NCBI GenBank assembly: GCA_965248695.1
Contig: CBDFKD010000002.1
Location: 4,320,001-4,384,000, forward strand
Direction: 5' to 3'
Source: Acidobacteriota bacterium
Lineage (GTDB): Bacteria > Acidobacteriota > UBA890 > WLXD01
DNA length: 64,000 nt
Made by a program: the position numbers and the translations under genes. The notes under the pieces are model-generated. The model was not told the origin of the DNA and did not search any database. It worked only from the letters and a program-made list of their open reading frames with translations. Below, in pieces: positions 39,780-48,207 of this stretch (position 1 is the stretch's first letter; each line of letters starts with the position of its first letter).

Positions 39780-41960
39780 ATGGCCTCAACCAGCCACATC
39801 TTCGTGCCGTGCCCGGGCGTCTGGCAACGCCGGTCCGTTATCGGCGTGATCGTCTGCATGCTGCCGACACTCGTGACGGCGCAGCAAACCGAGGGTCTCA
39901 ACGAGGAGCCGAGCATCGACTGGCCCGGCGCGACGGTCAACACGCTGAGGACGTTCTTCGAGCGTGTCGACGTCGAAGCGGTGCTGGTGGGACTGACAGC
40001 GCCACGCGCCCGGACCGCCGGTGGAGATCTCGAGACGCTGGACACGGTGCTCGCCCCTGGTCTCGAGGCGCCGTTTCGCTTCGTTCAACGGCGAGTGCGG
40101 CACGAGCCGTATGCAGGCAATGTGCGCGGCGCGCGTGGCGCCCTGCTCGCGGGGAGCGCCAATGCTCTCGACCAGTCGCTCCTCCTGGCGACCCTCTATA
40201 GGGCACGCGGCACACCGATCCGACTGATTCGTGGCCGGCTGGGCTGGCGTGATGCGGTTGCCCTGGTTGGCGAGCCGCCAGCCGAACCGGCGGGTCGCGG
40301 AGATCCGTGGCTGCGATGGGTCGAGATCGCCTCGGACCACTGGTGGGTGGAAGCCCGGCAGAGCGACCGCTGGATCGCTCTGGATCCGTCGTTCGCGAGC
40401 ACCGCCGTCGGTGAAACGGTGGGCACCAACGGCGAGGTCGTCGATACCCTGCCGCGTTCGCTGCGGGCGTTCGCCACGCTTCGGTTGCAGCTGGCGCGCG
40501 AGACGCTCGCGGAGCTGGACGTGCCTCTGTCGTCGTTGATCGGTTCCAGCGTTCGTGTCGATCGCCAATTCGATATCGGCGAGCAGGAAGCCGAGGCCGC
40601 CGAAGAGCTGGACGGGGCGCCTGTCGAGGATCCCGATGCTGCCGGCGATGACAACCTCGAGGAGGAGCCGCCCGATGCTGCGGCGCTGGCTGAGGCCCGG
40701 CTTGCCGTTGCGCTCGCCGACGTGATCACCCCCGTGCCGGTCGGATCTGTGGCGCTCAGGCTGCGAGCAGCTGGCCAGATCGGCACGACCCCTCTCCTCG
40801 AGCTTGCGGATCTCGCGCGGGTCGAGCTCGAGATCGATGTCGACGTGCCCATGGGCTCGGGTATACAGACTCGAATTCCGGTCGGCGCCGACCCCCATGC
40901 GCACCTGTCGGTGGTGTTCGCGTCTGGCCCGATGCCGCGAGCCCATCTGCAGGATCGAGTGATTCCATTGTTCGACTCATTGAGCGCACTCTCGGCGGTT
41001 GAGCTCGCGGCTCTGGAGGCGTGGACAGCGCGGCCGCGGCCGCGGCCGCGTCCAGTGGGGCCGGTGGGACCGGTCCTGGAGCTCGAACCACCTGGTGCGA
41101 GAATCGAGGCCGGCGATCCTGAGCATCCCGTCACGGCACTGCACGTCGCTGTGCTACGTGCCTGGCGGACGCTCCAGGAGGCCGGATTGGACGCCATTGC
41201 AGTGGCTCTCTTGATGGTCGGGGACGCCCTGCAACCGCCGCCACCGACCTATCGTGGATCGCTCCGCATGGCCGCCGTGCAGTGGACGCCGCCGGTTGCC
41301 GAGGCGGAGGGATGGTTGACCGTCTGGATGACTGACCCCTTGCGACTCGGCGGCCGGCAGCCCGCCCAGAGGTCCGGTTTGGCCTCTGCTTACGGACTAC
41401 TGCGCTCGGCCTTGACGGGGCAGGTCTTGCACCGCGTTGCGGATCGACCGCCGGTAACCGCGTTCGACGTTACGTTGCGCGCCGTCGGCACCGGCGGTCG
41501 GTTGCAGTGGTGGCGTGCTGACGATGATCTGCCGAGTCAGTGGCCGGCCGCTGCGCAGGCGGCGGCGCAGGTTGATCTCGGCAAAGGGCGCCTGCTCGCG
41601 GGTCTCGCCCGGCCCGTCGAGCAAGGCGGAGAGACCCTGCACGGTTGGTGGGGGGTCTTTGATCAGAGCGGTCAGACGCTCGGTCGAGTGCTGACGCCAT
41701 CGGGCATCGCACAGGGCTTCGTGCGTTTCGCGCGTCCACGCGATGACATGTCGCTGGAATCCGTCTTGGCGACCCTTCACGATCTCCATGCAGCGTTGCG
41801 CTGGCTGATCGGGGCGGCGAGCGACGACGGACAGGAGCTCGATGGGCTGCTTCCGGGGGCTTGTGCGGCAACACCACTGGTGTTCGATCTACTGCGCGCC
41901 GGGGCACCGGCCGGAACCGTGGCTCCGACGTTCGAGGTTTTCTGCACCGCGCTGCCTTGA
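39780..41960 (+). CDS. Secreted transglutaminase-like domain protein
   Basis: Signal-like N-terminus; EPYAG...GSANALDQSLLLATLYRARG, HWWVEA, WIALDPSF. Confidence 0.65.
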   Translation: MASTSHIFVPCPGVWQRRSVIGVIVCMLPTLVTAQQTEGLNEEPSIDWPGATVNTLRTFFERVDVEAVLVGLTAPRARTAGGDLETLDTVLAPGLEAPFRFVQRRVRHEPYAGNVRGARGALLAGSANALDQSLLLATLYRARGTPIRLIRGRLGWRDAVALVGEPPAEPAGRGDPWLRWVEIASDHWWVEARQSDRWIALDPSFASTAVGETVGTNGEVVDTLPRSLRAFATLRLQLARETLAELDVPLSSLIGSSVRVDRQFDIGEQEAEAAEELDGAPVEDPDAAGDDNLEEEPPDAAALAEARLAVALADVITPVPVGSVALRLRAAGQIGTTPLLELADLARVELEIDVDVPMGSGIQTRIPVGADPHAHLSVVFASGPMPRAHLQDRVIPLFDSLSALSAVELAALEAWTARPRPRPRPVGPVGPVLELEPPGARIEAGDPEHPVTALHVAVLRAWRTLQEAGLDAIAVALLMVGDALQPPPPTYRGSLRMAAVQWTPPVAEAEGWLTVWMTDPLRLGGRQPAQRSGLASAYGLLRSALTGQVLHRVADRPPVTAFDVTLRAVGTGGRLQWWRADDDLPSQWPAAAQAAAQVDLGKGRLLAGLARPVEQGGETLHGWWGVFDQSGQTLGRVLTPSGIAQGFVRFARPRDDMSLESVLATLHDLHAALRWLIGAASDDGQELDGLLPGACAATPLVFDLLRAGAPAGTVAPTFEVFCTALP

Positions 41961-41976
41961 GCCGGTTTGCAGAACA

Positions 41977-43350
41977 CTACGCTCTGGCGAGCGCCTCGCA
42001 GATCTCGACCGTGCAGCGAACGCCGCGACGCAGGGCGGCGATCGTGATGTGCTCGTTCGGAGCGTGGTGGTTCATGCCCGGCTGCCCATAAGGCACCAGC
42101 AAGCTCGGCATGCCGAGCACGCGCGTGAAGATGAAGTCGGGCGTTGTTCCCCCCAGGCGAGGCCGCAGGATGGGCGGCTGATCGCAGGCGCTGGCAACGG
42201 CTGCGATGATTGGCTCGGCGAGCGACGTATCGGGTGGGGTCGCGGAAGGTGGCACGGAGGCCAACCGCGTGAGCTGTATGGACGGGAACCGCGGTCGCAA
42301 GTGCCCCTCGAGAGCGGCGAAGATACGGTCGGGATCCTGATCGGCAACCAGGCGAACGTCGAGCTTGCACGTGGCGCTCGCCGGAATGATCGTCTTGGCG
42401 CCGGGTCCGCCGTATCCGCTCGTCAAACCGGCGATATTCAGAGTCGGCGAGAACATCAACGCCTGGGCCGGATCCTCCTCGGCCAGCGGAGCCAAGTGGT
42501 CGACGCCGAGCTCTTGGCGGAGGCCGTCGCGATCAAAGCGAAGCGAGTCGAGCATGCGCTGTTCCATGGCGGTAGGCGGCCGCACATCATCATAGAACCC
42601 GGCTACAAGCACCGTGCCGTCGGCGTCACGCATCGATCCCAGCGCGGCTACGAGATCCCAGGCCGGCGTCGGGGCGATACCCCCTCGGTTACCCGAGTGC
42701 ACGTCACGCTCCGCGCCGCGCGCCTGCAGTTCGACATAGAGGAGACCGCGAACTCCGAAGATCACGACCGGCGTACCGTCGTCGTGAAACGGGGCATCGG
42801 AAGTGAGCGCCAGGTCGGCGGACAGTTCCTCGCGGTGATCGGCCGCGACCTGCGCGATATGCGGGCTGCCGATTTCCTCTTCGCCTTCGATCAAGAACTT
42901 GATGCCGATCCCGAGCCGATCGAGCTTATGGAGCAACGCAACGCCCATGATGTGTGCCAGCAGCTGACCCTTGTTGTCGGCGGCGCCACGACCGTAGACC
43001 GCGCCTTCGCGCAGCACGCCCTCGAACGGCTCGGTGTGCCACTCGGAGATCGGTTCTGCCGGCTGTACGTCGTAGTGACCGTAGATGAGCAGAGTCGGAG
43101 CCCCTGGCGGGGCCGGATGGCGCGCGAAGACCACCGGTGCACCGGCCGACTCCCAGATCGTCGTGCGCAACCCCTGCTCGCGCAGAAGGGCCGCGAACGC
43201 ATCAGCGCCTTCCACCAGGCACTCGCCGCGCGCCGACACGCTCGGTATGGCAATCAGCTGACGCAGCGTCTCGGTTGCGGCGCCGGTGGTTGCGTCGATG
43301 TGGGCGTCCAGGTCCGTCAAGTCGAGATCTCTCCGGGTCGCGGGCAACAT
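41977..43350 (-). CDS. M20/M25/M40 family metallo-dipeptidase
   Basis: YGHYDVQP, GRGAADNKG, EGEEEIGS, DVHSG, HAPNE. Confidence 0.92.
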   Translation of the reverse strand: MLPATRRDLDLTDLDAHIDATTGAATETLRQLIAIPSVSARGECLVEGADAFAALLREQGLRTTIWESAGAPVVFARHPAPPGAPTLLIYGHYDVQPAEPISEWHTEPFEGVLREGAVYGRGAADNKGQLLAHIMGVALLHKLDRLGIGIKFLIEGEEEIGSPHIAQVAADHREELSADLALTSDAPFHDDGTPVVIFGVRGLLYVELQARGAERDVHSGNRGGIAPTPAWDLVAALGSMRDADGTVLVAGFYDDVRPPTAMEQRMLDSLRFDRDGLRQELGVDHLAPLAEEDPAQALMFSPTLNIAGLTSGYGGPGAKTIIPASATCKLDVRLVADQDPDRIFAALEGHLRPRFPSIQLTRLASVPPSATPPDTSLAEPIIAAVASACDQPPILRPRLGGTTPDFIFTRVLGMPSLLVPYGQPGMNHHAPNEHITIAALRRGVRCTVEICEALARA

Positions 43351-43495
43351 CGGGGGAACGGTCTTCTTTGCCGACGCCTTCTTCCGCCGGCTACAATCGT
43401 ACTTGAGTCCGTACGGGTTACGGACGGCAGTCCTTTGCCATCCTCCCGTGACCGTGGGCCCCGGGGTTCATGCCCCGTCTGCCTGGAGACATCGA

Positions 43496-44944
43496 ATGGT
43501 GCTGACTATGCGATTTCGACCGCTGCTTATCCTCGCCGCCCTGGCAATCGGGATCACCCTGACCGACCCGGCGATTGCCCGGAAAGACGACTTCCCGAAG
43601 ACCATGGAGGCGGCGCGTCGCCACTACGAAGAGGAGTTGGCCGTCAAGGACTGGAGCACTGGGCCGGTCGAGTATTTGATGCTGGAGCACGAGCGCGACA
43701 CCTGGAAGGACGTCGAGACCGATGAGGCCCGCCACGAGTTCATCGAGTGGTTCTGGTCCCGCCGCGATCTTGACAGCCGCGACGACGGCCATGCGTTCCA
43801 GGAGGAGTTCTATCGACGGGTAGCGCATACCAACGAGCGTTTCCACGGCTTTCCGCGCGGTTGGCGGTCGGATCGCGGGCGCGTGTGGATCACGCTCGGT
43901 CGGCCCAATGGCGGCATGCGCCGGACGGATCTGAGGCGCTATGGACGATGCTCGGCGCCGGAAGGCGAGTGGTGGACGTACCGCACCAACAACATGGCAT
44001 TCCGAGCGCAGATGGGCGAGTTCCACGTGATCTTCGTCGAGACGCGCATAGGTCAGTACCAGATCTGCGATCCGGGGATGCTCGGGGTGGGCGGCTTCCC
44101 GCCCGATCTGCAGACAGCGTTCCTGTTCACCAACGAGTCATCGGTGGTCGACACGGTCAACGAGTTCCGGCCGGGAGCGGGAGTTGCTACCACCGCGGTA
44201 GCGATTCGTGAGACCGTGGCACGCGTCGAGCCGCTGAGCGTGCCGGCGGCAACCTGGGGGATCTCCGGCGTTGCCGGCGCGGTGCTCATCCCGGTCGAGC
44301 TACCGCTGCGAGGTCTCCTTTTCGAACCCGCTGGCGACGGGCTGCGGTCGACGCTTCAGATCGAGGCGTCGCTACTGGCCATGGGCGATGCAGAGGACTT
44401 CCGCGGCGCGGAAGAGTGGACCATCGATCTGACTGCGGCTGATGCGTCGCAGATTGGTGGCGCTTCGCTGCGCACTGCGCTGTTGGTGCCCGCCGGCGCC
44501 GGTGGCTACTCCGTCGGAGTGCGCGTGCTGGATCCCCTCTCGGGGACCGCCTATACGTGGGAAGGATCTGTGGAGATCACCGACGGCGGTAGCGCCATCA
44601 GCCCGCTGCTGATCGCGCCCTCGGTAACCCGCCTGCGCGATGGCGGAGAGGTGGGGGTGATTTCCGCTGCCGAGCCACGCCTGGGGGCGGGCGACCCGTT
44701 CGTGGCCGTTACCTGGCTGCGTGGCAAGGCGCCGGGCGCCGATACGGTACGGATGTCGCTGGTTGATTCGAGCGGGACCGAGGTCAACGTCGACGACCTT
44801 GCCACCGCCTGGACGACCGGCGCCTCCAGCGGGCCGCTGATCGTCCAAGCAGCGGTACCGGCAGTGGACGCGGGCGAGTACGTGGTTCGCCTCATCGTCG
44901 AGGACGGAGGCCCTCCGGTGGAGGCGCGGGTCCGCATCGAGTAG
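43496..44944 (+). CDS. GWxTD-domain secreted protein
   Basis: Signal peptide; FIEWFWSRRD...EEFYRRVAHTNERF...GWRSDRGRVWITLGRP; beta-rich C-terminus. Confidence 0.82.
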   Translation: MVLTMRFRPLLILAALAIGITLTDPAIARKDDFPKTMEAARRHYEEELAVKDWSTGPVEYLMLEHERDTWKDVETDEARHEFIEWFWSRRDLDSRDDGHAFQEEFYRRVAHTNERFHGFPRGWRSDRGRVWITLGRPNGGMRRTDLRRYGRCSAPEGEWWTYRTNNMAFRAQMGEFHVIFVETRIGQYQICDPGMLGVGGFPPDLQTAFLFTNESSVVDTVNEFRPGAGVATTAVAIRETVARVEPLSVPAATWGISGVAGAVLIPVELPLRGLLFEPAGDGLRSTLQIEASLLAMGDAEDFRGAEEWTIDLTAADASQIGGASLRTALLVPAGAGGYSVGVRVLDPLSGTAYTWEGSVEITDGGSAISPLLIAPSVTRLRDGGEVGVISAAEPRLGAGDPFVAVTWLRGKAPGADTVRMSLVDSSGTEVNVDDLATAWTTGASSGPLIVQAAVPAVDAGEYVVRLIVEDGGPPVEARVRIE

Positions 44945-45061
44945 ACGGCATTCAGCGTGCTAACCTGATTGGTTACCGCGTGGAGGAAGATACACGCATG
45001 GTAGGATCGGCGCGGGAGACCCATCTCCAGGCTCAATGCGAGCCGATCCCTGGCGGCCCAG

Positions 45062-45340
45062 ATGCGTATGACTCAGGACCAGATCGACGTGATCGCCTTC
45101 CGGGTCGTGCGGGATCTCAACAAGCTCGGGCTGATCAGCGTGGTGGACGCGGCGGAAACGGAAAGTCGGATGAGCTCGATCGTCGTCGACGAGCTGATGA
45201 CCGAGGATCGTCTCAACGATGAGGTGCGGGACATCATGCGCACGTACAACGACCAGATCCGTCGCGCCGATGTCGAGCTGCACGAGATGTTCAAAGTGAT
45301 CAAGGCCAAACTCGCAAAGGAACGCAACATCATCCTCTGA
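45062..45340 (+). CDS. DUF507-family protein
   Basis: 92-aa helical protein; EDRLNDEVRDIM...MFKVIKAKLAKERNIIL resembles DUF507 from memory. Confidence 0.7.
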   Translation: MRMTQDQIDVIAFRVVRDLNKLGLISVVDAAETESRMSSIVVDELMTEDRLNDEVRDIMRTYNDQIRRADVELHEMFKVIKAKLAKERNIIL

Positions 45341-45345
45341 TCGTT

Positions 45346-45627
45346 ATGCGTCTATCCCGCGCTAAGGTCAACCATCTGTCGCGCCTCCTCGTCGATGCAC
45401 TCGCAGTGGACGAGTCGGTAGCTCTGCGTCGCGATCCGAACACTGTTCGCCTGGCGATCGTCGAGATCTTCAATGAGGAGCTGCGGCGCGACGAGTACAT
45501 CGACCGCAAGGTGCAACAGAAGATCGCCTCCCAGAAACGCGACATTCCCGAAGGGGGAAGGGAGTGGGAGATTCTCTACCGGCAGTACTATCGCGAAGAG
45601 TTCGACCGGCACCGTCCCGCGCGCTGA
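45346..45627 (+). CDS. DUF507-family protein (second type)
   Basis: MRLSRAKVNHLS...KIASQKRDIPEGGREWEILYRQYYREE. Confidence 0.7.
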   Translation: MRLSRAKVNHLSRLLVDALAVDESVALRRDPNTVRLAIVEIFNEELRRDEYIDRKVQQKIASQKRDIPEGGREWEILYRQYYREEFDRHRPAR

Positions 45628-45668
45628 CGGGGCACGTGTCGCTCCGTCGCACCGCTGGTATTTGACGC

Positions 45669-47927
45669 ATGCGGGTCACCGCCGTTCTTCGCGTCGCCTT
45701 CTTGGGCGTTGCCGTCGCGGTGGCGTTGGTTGTCTATCTGCAGTGGCAGCCCGCCAGAGCGCTCGATCCCGCCACCGCCAGTGTCCCGGTCGCGGTCCTG
45801 CCGGAGAGCGACCGTGACGTCGATTCGCACACCGAGCGGATCAACTTCGTCAAGTACCGCGGTGACCGGCGGCTCTACGAGATCACCGCCGACGATCTCC
45901 TGGACTTCTCCGACGGTTGGAACACCTGGGCTGGCGTGCAGCTGCGAATCTTCGGCGAGGAAGGTGCGGGAAAGGACGTCATGGTAGTCGGCGACACCAT
46001 GCGAACGAGTGGCGAGGGCGATGACTTCGACGAGATTCGTATTCTCGGCAACGTTCGTGCCGAGCTCCCCAACGACGGCTACTTCGAGACGCGACGAGTG
46101 AACTACGACGTAGTTAGCGGAGTGGTAAGCAACTGCAACCGCAGCACGTTGTTCTACGCCGGCATGGAGTCGCGTGGCGACTGTCTTCATTTCCAGACAG
46201 CGGGCGACGTCACCAGCGGACAGGACGTTGTAGCTGAGGAGCTCCGGATGTGGGGCGACCTGACCGTACGACGGGGCAGCGATGATAGCGCCATGCCTGC
46301 TGGACTCCGCGGCGGCGCTGCGGAGATGCGCGTTCGGCCGGGGGGAGATCAAGTGCACCTTCAGGGTGACGCAGAATTGGAGATGGAGCAGGCGTCGATT
46401 CGCGGCGACAACATCGTGCTCGATGTCGGATCCGGCGTCAGTGAGTTGCGCGGGATCGAGGCCGCCGGTAGTGCGCGGGTGAGGTTCTTCCCGCGTGGCG
46501 ATAACCCGGCTGCCGTCGAGGAGCCTGCCGACGATGTCGACCTCGACACAGATGTCGAGAGTGCCGATGAGGGCCTCGCGGAAGAGGCGGACGGAGAGAA
46601 TAACGGTACGGAGATAGCGGCAGACCGAGACGCCGGCGAGACGGCGGCAAACGAGGAGGACAGCGCCGCACGGCTCCTCCGCGGGGCCACGATTCAGGTA
46701 GCGTTCGACGACGGCGAGCTTTCGGCCATCGAAGCGATCAGCGGGCGGCTAGGATCGCGGCTAACCCTGCCGGGTTTCGGGCGCCTGGAGGCGCGAGAGA
46801 TTGCTCTTCGTCCCGATGACGACCGCCAAGAAATCGAGGCGCGTCGCGGCGTTGCCTGGCGAGCGCGCGGCAACAGCGAGAGCCTGCGCGAGCTTACCGC
46901 AGCGGAGCTCCTGCTGATCGCCAGCGATGCCGGCCTCGAGAGCGTCGAGGCTGATGGCGATGTGATGGCAGATCTGGCGATGCCGGAATCGAAGGAGTCG
47001 CTGGTGTTCACCGGTGCTCGGTTGATTGCCGAGTGGACCGACGGCGTGCTCGACGAGGCAGACTGGCCCGACGGAGTCGAGTTCGAGGCCGACGGTCGTG
47101 CCCTCGTGGCCGGTGAAGCAAGCTATACGGACGTCGCTGCTGCCTGGACGCTTGCCGGGGATCCAGCACCGGTCTTGTCGGCGAACGGCGTGGATCTGTA
47201 CGCCGACGAAATGACGTGGCGCCCGGGAGAGGGTGTTGACGCCTATGGATCGGTACGCGCCGATGTGGCCGACCAATATCTGGACGCGGCCAGCGTCTTG
47301 TTCGGAGATGCTCCGGTGGTGGAAATGCGTGCGGAGTCGGCCGAGCTCGATGTCGACGGAGTCCTTATCCTGCGCGACACGGTGCAGGTCATCTGGGAGT
47401 CACAGTCGCTGGAGACCAGCGAGCTCCGACTGGAATCCGATCCAGGCCGCTTGCGCGCCGCCGGGAACGTCGAGTTGGTAGCCGTTGCATCGATCGAAGA
47501 AGATGGCGAGCCGGAGTACGCGACCGTGACCGCCAGCAACTTGCTCGTCGAGCAGGACGGGATGGAGCTACGTCTCGGCGGCACCGCCAGCCTGCGTCAG
47601 CGCACGCGCGTCATCGAGGCCGACAAGCTACGGGTCGATGTCAGCGACGCAGGCGAGTGGAGCGAGATCTTTGCCGAGCAGGCCGTCCGGTTCCGCGATA
47701 CCCAGGCGGAAGCGAATGGCGACGAGCTGACATACGACTTGGAGACCGGCGAGCTGGTCTTGCTGGGAACCTCCCTCGCCCCCGCTCGTTTCGCCTATGA
47801 GGGCATCGAGTACAAGAGTCAGGATGCCCTCCGCGTCGTTTACGAGGCCGACGAAGTGATCATCGAATCGACCGAGAACGGCAGGACACAGACGATCCCC
47901 GTGCCGCGCGAGGTGCAGAGCCCCTAG
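45669..47927 (+). CDS. Long LptC/LptA (OstA)-like beta-jellyroll protein, membrane-anchored
   Basis: One N-terminal TM helix, then repeated beta motifs (IRILGNVRA, VHLQGDAEL, LRAAGNVEL, GDELTYDLETGELVLLG); lptB nearby. Confidence 0.72.
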   Translation: MRVTAVLRVAFLGVAVAVALVVYLQWQPARALDPATASVPVAVLPESDRDVDSHTERINFVKYRGDRRLYEITADDLLDFSDGWNTWAGVQLRIFGEEGAGKDVMVVGDTMRTSGEGDDFDEIRILGNVRAELPNDGYFETRRVNYDVVSGVVSNCNRSTLFYAGMESRGDCLHFQTAGDVTSGQDVVAEELRMWGDLTVRRGSDDSAMPAGLRGGAAEMRVRPGGDQVHLQGDAELEMEQASIRGDNIVLDVGSGVSELRGIEAAGSARVRFFPRGDNPAAVEEPADDVDLDTDVESADEGLAEEADGENNGTEIAADRDAGETAANEEDSAARLLRGATIQVAFDDGELSAIEAISGRLGSRLTLPGFGRLEAREIALRPDDDRQEIEARRGVAWRARGNSESLRELTAAELLLIASDAGLESVEADGDVMADLAMPESKESLVFTGARLIAEWTDGVLDEADWPDGVEFEADGRALVAGEASYTDVAAAWTLAGDPAPVLSANGVDLYADEMTWRPGEGVDAYGSVRADVADQYLDAASVLFGDAPVVEMRAESAELDVDGVLILRDTVQVIWESQSLETSELRLESDPGRLRAAGNVELVAVASIEEDGEPEYATVTASNLLVEQDGMELRLGGTASLRQRTRVIEADKLRVDVSDAGEWSEIFAEQAVRFRDTQAEANGDELTYDLETGELVLLGTSLAPARFAYEGIEYKSQDALRVVYEADEVIIESTENGRTQTIPVPREVQSP

Positions 47928-48196
47928 CAGGCCGTGGTGGAAGTGTGGCGGGCCTGGCGACAGGGTCTTGCGAGGTGGAGGCAAGAGAGGAGGAGGCGAT
48001 TGCGACCCCATCGTCGACGACGAACGACGCAGCATACGCGCGCAACTCCCCTGTCGCCCAGAGGGTTACGGTGATTTGGGGCCACCTGCGGCGTTGGCCT
48101 TCCTCGACGATGGTTAGGGCATCGCCAGTGTCCGGCCGCCTTCCATATGGCCCCAACTCACCGCAACCAGGCCCGCCACACTTCCACCACGGCCTG
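47928..48196. mobile_element. 269-bp MITE-like non-autonomous element flanked by CTAG on both sides
   Basis: Perfect 30-bp inverted repeats CAGGCCGTGGTGGAAGTGTGGCGGGCCTGG (47928-47957 and 48167-48196); CTAG at 47924-47927 and 48197-48200; no transposase ORF. Confidence 0.8.
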
Positions 48197-48207
48197 CTAG
48201 CGGGCGA

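Noticed and set aside
41842-43725. 627-aa plus-strand ORF
   Set aside because: Lies antisense to the clear M20 peptidase; Arg-rich and motif-free
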